Below are positions 37,095 to 50,384 of a stretch of 64,000 nucleotides of DNA, piece after piece (the first letter of the stretch is position 1; every line of letters begins with the position of its first letter). The stretch covers positions 17,616,647 to 17,680,646 of the forward strand of contig NW_026943820.1 of NCBI RefSeq assembly GCF_035594765.1. Reading direction: 5' to 3'. The stretch comes from Anolis carolinensis (taxonomy: Eukaryota). The notes under the pieces were generated by a model, which did not search any database, had not been told where the DNA came from, and saw only the letters and a program-made list of their open reading frames with translations. Made by a program: the position numbers and the translations under genes.

Positions 37095-37609
37095 GAGTGT
37101 TGTGTGTTTTGTGAGCTGTATGGCTGTGTTCTAGCAACATTTTCTCCTGATGTTTCAGGAAAAAATGCTACTAGAACACAGCCATACAGCCTGGAAACCA
37201 CCAACACCCCAGTGATTCTGGCTGCAAAAGCCTTCAACAATACCATGAAAACCTTCGACAAAAGAGGTTGTGCAAATAGAAGAACATCTTTCAGTTTTCT
37301 CATGCAGTGCCCCTTCAGTGAGCAGACAACCCCTTATTACTTGGTTCTTCAAATTCAACTTCTTGAGAATTAGCAGGCTCTTTTTAGTGGTTTTAAGATT
37401 CCTTTGATTCTTGTCGAAGGCTTTCATGGCCGGAATCACAGGGTTGTTGTGTGTTTTCTGGGGTGTATGGCCATGTTCCAGAAGCATTCTCTCCTGACGT
37501 TTCACCCACATCTATGGCAGGCATCCTCAGAGGATAGATGTGGGCGAAACGTCGGGAGAGAATGCTTCTGGAATATGGCCACACACCCCGGAAAACACAC
37601 AACAACCCT
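37095..37609. mobile_element. Two adjacent palindromic Penelope terminal repeats (37095-37262, 37411-37609); intact minus-strand hammerhead at 37492-37534
   Basis: Inverted arms. Reverse complement reads tcctCTGAGGAtgcctgccatagatgtgggtGAAACGTCagga. Confidence 0.85.
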
Positions 37610-37901
37610 GCTTTTGTTCTGTTGCAAGCCATCTTGTTGTTGGTATCGTATGCCTCTTAATTTCCGACATATGACAACCTTAAGACAAAATTTCTTCAAA
37701 AGGAGTTTGCTAGGGAATGTAAAGCCCCTTCTACACTTCCAAATAATCCAGATTATCAAAGCAGATAATCCAAATTAACTGCTTTGAACTAGGTTATATG
37801 AGTCTACACTGCCATATAATCCAGTTCAAAGCAGATAATCTGGATTTTATATAGCAGTGTAGAAGGGGCTTTCCATGGCTATGTGATTATTGTGATTATT
37901 A

Positions 37902-37951
<50 letters not shown>

Positions 37952-38403
37952 GTGATTATTTGCGTTATGTTCTCCTGAATCCTTGTCCAGCACTTAAATT
38001 ACTTTATAACACTGACACTATCTTTACAATGTTAAAATAAAGTGAATGTTCTAATGCTAGAATTTTCTAGTCTCTAAATAGTTTAAACATTACATCTTTT
38101 AATGTTTTTTCCTATTTAAAAATAATAACCAAACAATAAAATACTGCTGTAAATAGATTCACCTGCCCGGCAGAAGTTTCTCAGCTAGTTTGGAATAGTT
38201 GGACTAAAGCTTTGGAGTAAAGCTTTGATCTCCTGAAGAGCTTCTGGGATGTAGCCTTCAATTCCAGAATCTGGAGCAATAAACCTATAAAACAATAAAA
38301 TGTTGCAGTATAAAGGACTTGCCTGGCTAGTAAAAACAAACTACATAAGCTCTGCTGGTACTTCCCTTGCTGATTCTATGGTTTCTATTATCTGTAATAT
38401 CAG

Positions 38404-38606
38404 GAGAGAGCGTAGTAGTCTTATACATTTTGGAGGAAGAAATATCAGACAATACATACAAACAAGAACAATCTTTTGCAGGTAGAAAACTTTGGAAAAA
38501 ACTTTCGTCCCCCGTTGGTGGAATCATTGGTATTTCCCTCGCAATTCTTACTTCCGTTTATGTTGCTACGTTGCATGAAAATGATCTGTGGTTTTCCAAC
38601 ATCAAG
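38404..38606 (+). CDS. DPY19L3: DPY19L3 exon 3 (...GRKLWKKLSSPVGGIIGISLAILTSVYVATLHENDLWFSNIK); acceptor uncertain (38404, 38449, 38467 or 38482)
   Basis: Conserved LHENDLWFSNIK, donor AAG|gtaatg. Four in-frame AG acceptors are available. Confidence 0.85.
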
Positions 38607-41195
38607 GTAATGAAATTATTATAATCACTGTGTGGATGATGCTGAATTTGTTTTCATGGTACTTTGGCAGTCAATGTTTTTCAGCAGATCTTTCCACATC
38701 TACCATAACATTACCTTTTTCTTCTATACCAATCATTTTATTGTTTTAAGCTATCAATCACATCAGATGTTACCTTGACAACTTATTCAGGAGGCATACA
38801 GCAGACAGTTGACAGAAAGTATCAACCAAAATTCATATATATTTCCACATAGCTGTTTGTAGGAAGGAATCCAGTATTGGTCAAGCTTTAACCAACTTCA
38901 TATACATTATTGTTTTAAATCATATATTATCTAATTATGGAAGTAACTAAAAACCTTAAATGTGATTTTTGATGAAAGTAAAATGAAAAAGGAACAAAAA
39001 AAACCCACCCCTTGAAGTTTCCTTCAGATAGGGTTCATTTCAGATGCCGTGGGCAACCACTGATATCATCAGTAAAACAAATCAAAATTGAAACTGCATT
39101 ATATGGTCAGCGTATGTACAGTGATATAATGCAATTCAATGCAGGTAAACCGCATTATATGAATCTTCCCTGATCATATCATGCAGTTGCAAACTGCATT
39201 ACATGACAGTGTGGCTGGGGCTCAAGTCTTCCAATTGTTAGAGTAGTGCTATTGTATTGTCATGATGTGGATTTCTTTGGTTCATATTATAAAGCATACA
39301 CTTATTATAGACCCAGCCAACATACCAGTGGTTTTTTCGGCAGCCGGATAGGATCAAATTCCATAGCAATGGAATTCATGATGTGGTACATTAAAGTATT
39401 TTCATCGAATGATGTCATGTTAATAGCACCTATTTTATCTTTAACTTGCTATTAGGGTCAACGCAATTGCAATTTATTGTCGGATCTTGCAGAATAAATC
39501 AGAGCAGGAATGGTGTTAGAAACTTTGCCAAGAGAAGAGTGCATATTGGGTCAATCACTTGGTACTTTAAAGTCATACTCTTTCCATAGAGAGAAAAAGG
39601 AAATGATTTATACCAAATAAAGAGCTAATTATAACCACACTTTTATGCTGTTTCTGGTTCTTGTAAGTCTATAATGCCAAGATATAAGCTGGCATTTCCT
39701 CCAGTCTTTTGTTAGAAAAAATATGCTTATGATCAATTTATTTAGATTTATACTCTGTCTTATTCCTGAGACTGAGGCATTGAAAGAATGATTTACTATG
39801 GCCAAGGGGGAAGGTGAGTCCCAGTTTCCCAGTTAAACTTTCCAGCTGCGGAATTCTTTATTTTCAGTAAAGAGTAAATGTACCTGAGATTGACTGTATA
39901 AGAATTATTTCTGTATGTTTGTTGAAAGCATGATACTTAGTTTAGGCTATTTTAATACCCATATCTTTTCACTTTTCTCCCCTTTTCTGTTAAGATTTTC
40001 AAACAAAATATATAGAGAGAGTCCCAACCACGGTTTGCTATTTGGATTTTTTTTGGAGGGGGGAGAACCTTGAATGGTTGAATCCATGAATACAGAGGAT
40101 CCTCTATAGTCTACGTTGCATATATAAAATGTATACTATTTAAATTGTTTTCTTAAACTATTAACCTAAAGCTATGGCCGTTTCACCAACATGAGGTTAT
40201 AAGAAAAATACTATTTTCTATAGGACTGGAAATGTGTTTTGTATAAGGAAAGCAGATGTTATCTTAGTGTGAAACAGATGTAAAACAGTAGTGTTTGCCT
40301 CATAAAAGATGGCATTTGGTTGAAAACAGCTGGTGCCAGGCTTCCGAATTAATCATTTCTATTTGATGCATCCTTGCTAATGAGATCCCCCTCTATGCCC
40401 AGTCTTCCAAACTAAATTCCAAGACTTCTCAGGGACCAACCATTTTAATATGTTAATAATTAATAATTAATAATTCCAGAGGATGTGTAGCTAACATGGG
40501 GACATCAGGTACATTCGCCTGTCATTCTGCACCAGGAGAAACAGGAACGGAACTTGCAGCATTTCTGAGTTTTTACTGAACTTGCACTGCTACCAAAACC
40601 ATTTAGTATGCTACAGAACATTAGCTCACAATTGATGTGGTATGGACCATCTGTCATCCCCTCTACTTCATTTGGCTTGTCTCAAAACCCTCATTTAATA
40701 TTTGGAGTTTGGAAAAGTTACTTTCCTGGGAAACAGCTCCTGCAATTTCCTAACTCATAGGGTCAGGGCCATGTTGCCTGCAGGATTATAGTACAAAAAC
40801 TTCTTTTCCAAGCTCACAATGTGTGATAGAAATTTTACTTTGATTACACTATGTAACAAAATGTGGAAAAAAAATCTTCCTAGTTTGAAAGTGTTATTTC
40901 CTGTTTAATTGTGTGGTACTTCCTTTGAAAGTAGTTGTTCTACTCCAGAATCTTTGTTTGTGTGGCTACCACGATCTACCTGTATGTTGAGTTGATTGAG
41001 ACTCAATAAGATATTCATTGAAAAACTAGAACAAAATGTAGTGTGGGATGTCCCTCCTGCAAAAACAAAGTTTTTTCAGTTGAATAAACTTTTTCCATTA
41101 TGAGAGAACCGATTAGGAAATAACATGTATAACCCAGGAACAAAAACCATGTTAATGTAAGCCGCTTTGAGTCTCCTTGTGGAGCGAAAAGGTGG

Positions 41196-41265
<70 letters not shown>

Positions 41266-41629
41266 TTATGCAACATCTTGATAGAAAGGTTTATACACTT
41301 CTACTACATTAACATACACAACTTTTTTTTAAAGTAACACCAAATAAAATTAAAAACCAAACCAATATAATCAAAGAGTAAAAACAGTTTGAGATTAGAT
41401 TCAAACTTGATCCTGCATTGAGTATGTCAGGGTGGGCCATGGCTCTCCCATCAGACTTTGAAGGGTCTCTCCCCCCCCCCCCCCCTTTATTTTCAAAGAA
41501 CCAAGAACAGGGCTAAATGTGTCCCCCCCATTTCCCTTATAGCCACTTTGCAGACCATTTAGGATCACAGGAAGTCAGCTGATGAATGCAAGTCTTCTTT
41601 TGTCTTTCAACTAGTTTGTTTCCTTACAG

Positions 41630-41720
41630 GAGGTAGAGCGAGAGATTTCATTCAGAACAGAATGTGGCCTCTACTACTCCTACTACAAACAGATGCTGCA
41701 GGCACCGTCAATTCAACTAG
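41630..41720 (+). CDS. DPY19L3: DPY19L3 exon 4 (EVEREISFRTECGLYYSYYKQMLQAP)
   Basis: Hallmark DPY19 luminal motif. ttacag| acceptor, G|gt donor, 91 nt. Confidence 0.96.
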
Positions 41721-43048
41721 GTGTTGTAACATTTTTCTTTCAGTCTTTGATTCTGAACTGTGTAAAGTAAAAATGTCTCTCCAGTTGACTTTTCTGATTT
41801 TGAAGGTTGTTGCAGAGTTTTTACCCCCATCATAAAATCCTGTTACTGGAATTTTGAAATAAGTCCCGGTGACAATGTTATTGTCATCATCATCATCACT
41901 TGGCTGCACATCAGAGCTGGGCCACACATCACACTTCACTCTTGGCCTTGTTGGCTAGGAGTGAATATTAATTGTTATAACAGACATCTATATTCTCCCT
42001 TTTCTCCCATAATGTGGTATACGTGCACCTCATAAGCACAACAATACTGTATAACAGGGTCAGACAGAGAGGGAAAACGTAAAGATATAAACGGCATTAC
42101 TCAGGGTGCATGTACATTATCGCCCTCCAATTCTATTTGCCTGTTCCCTTTGTCGGCCTGGCACCTTGCTTTGGTCCTGGTGGTCACCCTGAGAGGATTG
42201 CTAAGTTGACGCCATTTGTGCAGTGACCATTTGTGAGATCATTTCATGTGGAGTGTCTGATTCCTACAAACTGCCTGCCTTTTGATTTTGTGTTTCTGCC
42301 TTCTCTGCCATCTCCTGTGTTTTCACCTTGCCAGGAAAAACTCAGATGGTACCCCAAAAGTCACAGGCAGGGGCACATCAGATGGCAAAAGAATGGGTCT
42401 GTTAGAAGGAAAGTATAGTTTCTCAGCAGTGCAGTGCCAATAAAATGTTGAATGTGTGATGAGATAATAGCCAGACCCTACTTTACTTATTGCAGCAGCT
42501 GCCAAGTTAATATTGACATAGGCTCTGCCTGACTATATACACTATAATTCCAAAGTAAATACTGTCAGCAGTGTCAGGAACATCCAGAATGATTGGCCCC
42601 AGGATAAAGTGTCTAATTATCCTTTAACTCTTGTGGTATCTGGAGTTTTCTGGATGTTTTAGAACGCTGCCTTATATACATCTCTGCAAACAGTTCTCCT
42701 GTAGTTTTCAGGCTGTCTGAATTTTCTGTTTGTTGGCTATATAAAGGAACAAACATATCTCCATACTTAGGCATGAGAGATCACTCTTGCTTTTTAATGA
42801 CCCATGCATGAGCATAGCCTTTCACCAAAGAGAAATGTTTAGAAGTAGTACAAATCAACAGAGAATTCTTTTCTTGGTCTAACTTGACAAAAGGCCTGCT
42901 TTAGTCTTTTGACTTCTGCCTTCTTTGATATTTTCATGGTGACCTGGTATCAATTTACCGACTGATTTCATTTCTAATTCTGTCCATTCTCTTTTGTAGA
43001 AGTCTTCACCATTGAAATAAGTAGGCATGCTTTCCTCTTACCATACAG

Positions 43049-43170
43049 GTATACATGGCTTGATTTATGACAATAAAACCGAATCCATGAGGACAATTAA
43101 CATACTTGAAAGAATGAATGTTTACCAAGAAGTATTTCTCAGCATTCTGTATACAGTTTTTCAAGTGAAG
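43049..43170 (+). CDS. DPY19L3: DPY19L3 exon 5 (IHGLIYDNKTESMRTINILERMNVYQEVFLSILY)
   Basis: ag/gt boundaries, 122 nt, frame consistent. Confidence 0.95.
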
Positions 43171-43489
43171 GTACACATTGCATTACCCGTTTCTGACAAA
43201 TGAGCACAGTGATCTTAATCCCACATTTAAGTAAGGCATGAGTCCTATTCCCATTGACCATTATATCTGTAATGTAGTCCTGAGCTTGTTCTCTCTAAAA
43301 GAACTCACACTTGAGCTGGTAGATTTCATTAAGGTGATAATAGTATTGCAGTTTTATAATATAATCATGTCCATATTTATTTAGAAATGAGTCAATTTTA
43401 TTGTTTGTATATTTTTAGATTTTAAGTTGTATCAGATTGCTTTTAACATAAGCCGCTTCGAGTCTCCTTGTGGAGACTCAAATGGGATG

Positions 43490-43525
<36 letters not shown>

Positions 43526-43526
<1 letters not shown>

Positions 43527-43612
43527 GCTTGGGAAGTGTTTGATTTGTGATTCTGTGATACGAAATCCAACATAAATATCTCATTTATTGTATCATACTC
43601 TGTCTTTGTGTC
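43526..43612 (+). mobile_element. Very short R4/Dong-like 3' end inside (TAA)n
   Basis: CTTGGGAAGTGT motif shared with the 10155-10230 end, flanked by TAA repeats. Confidence 0.55.
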
Positions 43613-43646
43613 AATAATAATAACAATAATAATATATTTATAATTA

Positions 43647-43686
<40 letters not shown>

Positions 43687-43821
43687 TTAAACTTAAAAGA
43701 GTGCAACCTTAGGGTGCATCTACACTATAAAATGAATGAAGTTTATAACGATATATACAGTTCATTTCATACTAAAACAAAGAATGTGTATTTAACTATC
43801 TCATATATCTTCCATTCACAG

Positions 43822-43967
43822 AATTTTTTAGAACCTGTATATTTTTATATCTATACGGTATTTGGCCTTCAGTCGATTTATGTCATTGCACTTTATGTAA
43901 CCAGCTGGCTTCTCAGTGGAACATGGCTTTCAGGTGTATTAGCAGCCTTCTGGTACATCACAAACAG
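43822..43967 (+). CDS. DPY19L3: DPY19L3 exon 6 ([16 protein letters not shown]...[17 protein letters not shown])
   Basis: ag/gt boundaries, 146 nt, transmembrane segments. Confidence 0.95.
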
Positions 43968-44210
43968 GTAAGATAATTGGGTAAATTCATCCACAATCAT
44001 ATGTCTTTTGCCAGAACCATTTGGAAATAATGAATAGACAGAATATGGTATGCAAAGAAGGTTCATTGGGATTTAATTTGAAGCTGTTAGATCACCAAAA
44101 GCTTGGCCTAAAAAGGGTATTTCAAAAAAGCTTATTTGAGATTTTTTTTCCCAACCGCTCCTGATGAAGAAAGAAACATTAAAAGCACATTTCTTGGCCA
44201 CTTTAAGATA

Positions 44211-44531
44211 CAGTAGAGTCTCACTTATCCAAGCTAAACGGGCCGGCAGAAGCTTGAATAAGCGAATATCTTGGATAATAAAGCGGGATTAAGGAAAAGC
44301 CTATTAAACATCAAATTAGGTTATGATTTTACAAATTAAGCGCCAAAACATCATGTTATACAACAAATTTGACAGAAAAAGTAGTTCAATACGCAGTAAT
44401 GTTATGTTGTAATTACTGTATTTATGAATTTAGCACCAAAATATCATGATATATTGAAAACTAACTACAAAAATGACTTGGATAATCCAGAAGTTTGGAT
44501 AAGCGAGGCTTGGATAAGTGAGACTCTATTG
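44211..44531. mobile_element. Tigger-like MITE A
   Basis: CAGTAGAGTCTCACTTATCCAA TIRs, TA TSD. Confidence 0.88.
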
Positions 44532-45015
44532 TATTTGCTAATAATTTATCAATGATGTTTGTGTTCTAAGCTGCATAGAACACAGATGCAAACAGTCAAT
44601 AAGCTACCAGTCACCTGGCTTTTAATCAGCTATGAAAAATAGTACAGTATTTTGCTGCAAATAATATTTTTGGAGTATTAAACGGAGTTGGCCATATTTT
44701 CTTAACTAAATAATTTAGACATGTTGGACTTTTGCATTTAGTGCTTTAAAATGTATTGTAAACACACTATTGGTGTAAATTGAGTTAGTTTGTAGCAGCA
44801 CTACATTTCTCTCTATAGGGTTTATCTGGTTGAAATCTGAATTTAAAAAGAAATCATTATGGAGTGGTTGATCCGATTGACCTGGATACAAATATAAATG
44901 CCATTCTGTTATGTATGAAAGTAATTATAGTCTATTCCAACTCCATTTTCAGTTCTGAAGTTTTACTTCTTTTTGGGCATAGGTCTTCTATTAATTTTTC
45001 TTTTTTTGTGTGTAG

Positions 45016-45139
45016 AATAGATACAACTCGGGTGGAATTCACCATTCCGTTAAGAGAGAACTGGGCCCTGCCATTCTTTGCTGTTCAGACAGCGGCAATT
45101 ACATTCCTATTGAGAACTCATTTACGACCTACTCATGAA
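45016..45139 (+). CDS. DPY19L3: DPY19L3 exon 7 (IDTTRVEFTIPLRENWALPFF)
   Basis: Conserved PLRENWALPF motif, 124 nt, |gtgagt donor. Confidence 0.96.
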
Positions 45140-46204
45140 GTGAGTCTTTTTGTTTTATTTAGCAAAAAATATATTTAGTTAAAATGTAATAAAAACTAGT
45201 GAGATGTAATGGTTAAAGTTCTGGATTGGAACTTGAGTGGCCTCTGTTCTGTTTTCCATCAAGCCGTGAAGCAGAACAGATAGCTTCTAATGTATGAGGG
45301 AAGAACCTCATAGTTTGCTTTGGATAGGTAAGGCGGGATAGATGAGATTGTTAGAATAAAAAGATAAACAGTGTGTGAGTATGTAAATAACACTATGTAA
45401 CACAATTTTTGTTTCTTAGTTATAAATGTCATTTCCTAATTGGATCTATCATAAAAACATGGAAAAAGGAGAGACATTCTGCAGCATATTTTGCTTTAGT
45501 TTTTCAGTGCATATCTCATAGAGTTTCAAGCAATTCAGCATTTGTGGCAGCCATAAAATGAAGTTTCTGAAGAAGAACAACTACTTTCAAAATAAGAACC
45601 CCACAATTAAACAGGAAATAACATTTTCAAACCAGGAACAGATTTTTGTCAAGTTTTGTTGAATAGTGTAATTTTTTTCTTCTCTAGTTAAACCCGATTT
45701 TGATTGTATATAGGTGTCAGAACATAATTTAAGACCATATGTAGACAGGGTGTTTTAGTAGGTGACAACACAAAATTAATAGCATCAGAAACGCCAAAAA
45801 AGAAACACAGAAAGGATAGCAAAACACACATTCCCATTTCTAAATGCAAATATATATACATGAACTAATGTACAGGTTGAGCATTCCTTATCTGAATTTC
45901 CAAAATACTTTGTTTTTTGTTACTTCAATATACAGAAACTTTGTTTCATCCACAAAATTATTTAAAAATATTGTATAAAATTACCTTCAAGTTTTGTGTA
46001 TACGGTATATATGGCTCATAAATGAATGTTGTATATGGACTTTATTTTCATCTCCAAGATATCTCATTATGTCTGTATATGTAAATACAGGTAGTGTATT
46101 CTTAAATCCAAAACACTTCTGGTCTCAAGCATTTTGTATAAGGAATACTAGACCTATATTCAGAATCTATACAGAATATAGATACAGTATTGAGCAATGG
46201 TTTG

Positions 46205-46328
46205 AGTGTTGTTGAAGGCTTTCATGTCCAGAATCACTGGGTTGCTGTGAGTTTTCCGAGCTGTATGACCATCTTCCAGAAGCATTGTGGAACATGTCCA
46301 TACAGCCTGGAAAACTCACAGCAACCCA
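46205..46328. mobile_element. Short palindromic Penelope terminus
   Basis: Homologous to other copies, inverted arms. Confidence 0.75.
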
Positions 46329-46492
46329 ATAGTTTGGGTGTTGGAATGGTATCAGCAATAAAAATATAGTGTACTTGTGAATGCTGAGTGAACAATTTCA
46401 AGGAATCAGATACAGAAGAAAGATCTGTATACACAGATACCTTTTTATGAATGTAGATGCTGTTCTGACTATTGTTCTTTCTCCCCCACCAG

Positions 46493-46627
46493 AAACTGAC
46501 ACTGACCGCATTGTTTATATCAACCTCACTTTTCAGTTTGGCTTGGCAGTTTAATCAATTTATGCTGCTGATCCAGGCATTAGTTTTATTCACACTTGAC
46601 TGTTTGGACTTGCTTCCTAGCAAAAAG
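46493..46627 (+). CDS. DPY19L3: DPY19L3 exon 8 (KLTLTALFISTSLFSLAWQFNQFMLLIQALVLFTLDCLDLLPSKK)
   Basis: WQFNQF motif, 135 nt, consensus splice sites. Confidence 0.95.
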
Positions 46628-47083
46628 GTGAGTTCATGGTGGATGTGGCTCAGTGGCACCCAGTTATGCGCATTTAAGGCTAATTTAAATCATGGGAAAC
46701 CAATCACATTTTGTAATATTTGATGTATACTGCCATTCAACTGTCGTGAGTAATTCTAAGTGCTGAAAAAAATTAATGAAATAATACTATGGAAGATGCA
46801 AAGAAAAACTGTGAAGTGTTTATTATTTATTTAATTTTTATAGCGCTCTTCTTCCCCAGGGAAAAGTGTTGCTGTTGAGGTGTGCAATTCGGCCAAAAGG
46901 CATGCCGTTTTGGGGTCCATTGTCAGCTAACCCAACAATTTTATAGAAATACGTTTTAATATGTGTTTTTATAGACTTTTTGCAAAGTCTGTGTGTTTTG
47001 ACTATGTTGTGACTCGCTTTGAGACATGAAGAGAGGCGGGTAAGAAATAAAATAATTATTATTTCTATGACTATTTTTTGTAG

Positions 47084-47215
47084 GTTACCTGGATCTATGT
47101 GATACAAGTGGCTAGTTTGCTTCTTGTCTGCGTTCTGCAGTTCTTCAACTCCATGATAGTAGGATCACTGCTTATAAGCTTTAATATGTCTGCCTTGTTA
47201 GCCAGGAAACTACAG
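47084..47215 (+). CDS. DPY19L3: DPY19L3 exon 9 (VTWIYVIQVASLLLVCVLQFFNSMIVGSLLISFN...ARKLQ)
   Basis: 132 nt, ag/gt boundaries, matches recalled human sequence. Confidence 0.95.
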
Positions 47216-47566
47216 GTACTGCATAGAATTGTCTTTTATTTTGAAATAACTAGTAAGTGAGATAAACTAGACAGTTGTCTACTTTTTTACAGGGAGGAGG
47301 AAATGAACAGAATATAATTCCCACCTGTCTGTGATAATTGTGCTTTTATCAATACTGTCACAAGGACACCTTGTCTTATTGTTTATGGCCAGGCTGAGAA
47401 TGTGTGACTCTGCAAATGATATTGGACTGCGGTTCCCATGAGTCTTGGCCAGCACAATTAAGGGTGGATAATGGAAGTTGCAGTCCGATAGCATCTGAGA
47501 TTAAGAAAAGAATTTGAACTTAAAACCAAGTCATGCAGAGTAAAGGACTTCCTTTATGCAATAGAT

Positions 47567-47830
47567 CACTGGTCTATTTGATCTGCTGATTCCAAAAATG
47601 GCACCAGTTTTCCCCTATCAGCTCTTGTCTTTGAGATACAGACCATATGCCATCTACCAGTCTACCATATGCCATATACTAGTCAGTCACCATCTGCTCA
47701 CCCATAGGAAACTATGATAACCCTATCTAAGAAACGAGAGCTTATGCAGTCTATGGAATGCAATTTTCTGAATCAGTGTCCCAAATAACCCCATGAACAG
47801 GGCTAGAAATATTTTTGTTAGGCAAATAAT
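47567..47830. mobile_element. Old DNA transposon remnant (Chapaev-like)
   Basis: CACTG start and CTGATTCCAAAAATG...GAATCAG subterminal motifs, recalled from Chapaev-type elements. Confidence 0.4.
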
Positions 47831-48731
47831 TACTAATTGATGGATTTCTTTGTCACAAGGTATGACAATGGCCACAATCTTAAAACATAAGATAAATGTA
47901 TGGCAGTCTGATCTATCAATAGATACTAATAGAAACCTAAAAGGGATCTCCGGGGTCAATGTGAATATTGCCAATGTCACTGTGGATAGAGATGCAAATA
48001 GCAGATGTGGCTTATTGCCTAATTCAAAATATTTGAACATTTTTGTTTGAATGATAGCAAAAATTGTTTAACCATCTATAGATACCACATTGATCAGGAG
48101 TGTGACTCTACTTCATTGGCATCGGCTCTCTACTCCAAATTGCCACAGAATAGGAAATAACATACTATAGAACAGAAATAGATAAGAATACAGTATGGCA
48201 TGGCTGATAGCTGAGCTACATTGAAATCTTAACTGTTGACTAACACACAAAATGCTAATTACTTTTTAATACACCAAAATTAATTTCTGTATGAAAAGGC
48301 CTATTCAGTAGGAGAGGTACGTTTGTTCGAGATAATTCTTAGGAAGGCAATTCAGCTTTCTGACGTTAATTAATCAGCACTGAAATGTATTGCTTAATGT
48401 CAATGCTGTCTTGTGTAACCGTTCAAAGTATTTAAAGCATTTAAAGCTGAAAAGACTCCCAGAGCATTATACAGGAAATCAAAACAGCTCCCGCCTGAAA
48501 GCTTACAATCTAAAAAATACAACACAAAATGAAGAAGGGATAATGGGGAAACAGGAAAACAATCAATCCCAGAAATCAATTCTGAATGCTAAATAGTACT
48601 TCTAGATAAAAATCCTGAAGGCAACAGATCCCTTGCCTTTATTCACAGTTTTCACTTTTAAACCACAGCTAATTCAGAGGTCTGACTAAGTGGTACACAC
48701 AGTAGTTTTCTTTTTAAATCGGCTAAGTATT

Positions 48732-48982
48732 TTTTTTTTCCGTGTCAGGAGGGACTTGAGAAACTGCAAGTTGCTTCTGGTATGAGAGAATTGGCCGTCT
48801 GCAAGAATGTTGCCCAGGGGACACCCGGATGTTATACCATTCTATGGGAGGCTTCTCTCATGTCCCCGCATGGGAAGCTGGAGCTGACAAACGGGAGCTC
48901 ACCCCGCTTCCTAGATTCAAACCTTTTGGTCAGCAGTCCTGCCAGCACAAGGGTTTAACCCATTGTGCCACAGGAGGCTCCT
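48732..48982 (-). mobile_element. Chimeric SINE: Sauria-like tRNA head with a different (Vingi-like) 3' end; second partial copy at 59500-59657
   Basis: Head homologous to Sauria SINE copies. Tail ...TTGCAGTTTCTCAAGT...CCTGACACG-(A)n is shared by both copies. Confidence 0.6.
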
Positions 48983-49063
48983 GGCTAAATATGACAAAGT
49001 GACATGGATTCCACTTCGGATATATGTTTTAAACATTAAAATGCAATTGCTTCCATTTTCCAG

Positions 49064-49165
49064 AATAACCTGAAAATTGGAGGTTTGTTCAGCAGGCTTG
49101 GGAAGCTTTTCCTCCATATTCTCTTAGTGTTGAGTTTGACATTTCTTGGAAATAATTTTATAAAG
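49064..49165 (+). CDS. DPY19L3: DPY19L3 exon 10 (NNLKIGGLFSRLGKLFLHILLVLSLTFLGNNFIK)
   Basis: 102 nt, ttccag| acceptor and |gtgagt donor. Confidence 0.94.
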
Positions 49166-49179
49166 GTGAGTAAATTCGC

Positions 49180-49700
49180 TCTTTCCTTACCCTTTCCTGG
49201 TTGTGTCTCTCTTGCATATGTTTTCTGTCTTTCTTATGGTGTTGTTCAAAACCTCGATTACCAACAAAAACAAGGATGGGGAGAGGGGATAACCTTGTTT
49301 AGTCTCTTTTTATATTTTACAAGATGTAGTCAGTTCCCCATTGACCAAAATTTGGACACTTTGCTCATTATAAATTTGTTTAACCCGTCTTTGAAAGTTT
49401 GGCCCAAAGTTCATCTTTTTCATGACCGCCCGTAAAAACGACCAAGAGACATTATCAAAAGCCTTTTCAGCATCTAAGAAAAATCAGAGCTGCCTGTTTT
49501 TCATTATGTACCTCATCCAAAATGTCCAGAACGCACCTAACATTATCACTTAGATGTCTCTTTGGTAAAAACTCTGCTTGATCTTCATGTATCATAGCTT
49601 GCAAGACGTTCTTCAAGCTCTTCGCCAAAATCACAGCATAAATCCTGTAGTCATTATTTAGCAGCAGTATGGGTCTGTAATTTTTTGGGTCTTCAATATG
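49180..49700 (-). mobile_element. L1-clade reverse-transcriptase fragment
   Basis: Minus strand reads DPKNYRPILLLNNDYRI...IHEDQ...IFLDAEKAFDNVSW...QGYPLSPSLF. Confidence 0.9.
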
Positions 49701-50031
49701 AATTGTTTTACAGTTTTCAGGATATTGGTGACACTTGCGAAATATTTATAATGAAATGCTTTAAACAGCTTTTTATTTAGTAATCACAGTATTTTAATTA
49801 TTATAACATTTATGTTAATATTTATAATTTATGGGTTTTATTGTATAAGTTTTAAGGCTATGAGCCACATTTGGAAAGAAAAACAGGGTACAGATAAGTG
49901 TAATAATAATAAATATAAAAATTATAGTAATAATAGTAAGGTAAAGGTATAGAAATAGTAGCCAATTATATGTAGTGAATTAATTTTCATCACTAAGAGG
50001 AAATCATAACTTTTGTTTCGTATGTTCATAG

Positions 50032-50105
50032 AAAGTTCTTAACCTGGAATCAGATGAGCATATCTTTAAATTTCTGAAAGCAAAATTTGGATTTGGAGCA
50101 ACAAG
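50032..50105 (+). CDS. DPY19L3: DPY19L3 exon 11 (KVLNLESDEHIFKFLKAKFGFGAT)
   Basis: 74 nt, conserved DEHIFKFLKAKFG. Confidence 0.95.
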
Positions 50106-50225
50106 GTATTGTGCTTCTGAAATTACACTTTTTTCTGCTTGGAAATACTAGATAATCTTGATTTTGTAACATGCAGTGATAATGCATGTCATATTGTATT
50201 ACTTTTCTTTTTTCCCTTCCTTTAG

Positions 50226-50384
50226 AGACTTTGATGCCAATCTGTACCTCTGTGAAGAAGCTTTTGGTCTCTTGCCTTTTAATACTTTTATGAGGCTTTC
50301 TGACTCATTAGTTTTCTACCCTTATATATTTGTGGTTGTTGTGATGACTATAACAGCTGCTGCTGTTGCTTTTCAAAATCTGAG
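50226..50384 (+). CDS. DPY19L3: DPY19L3 exon 12 (DFDANLYLCEEAFGLLPFNTF...)
   Basis: 159 nt, conserved DFDANLYLC. Confidence 0.96.
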
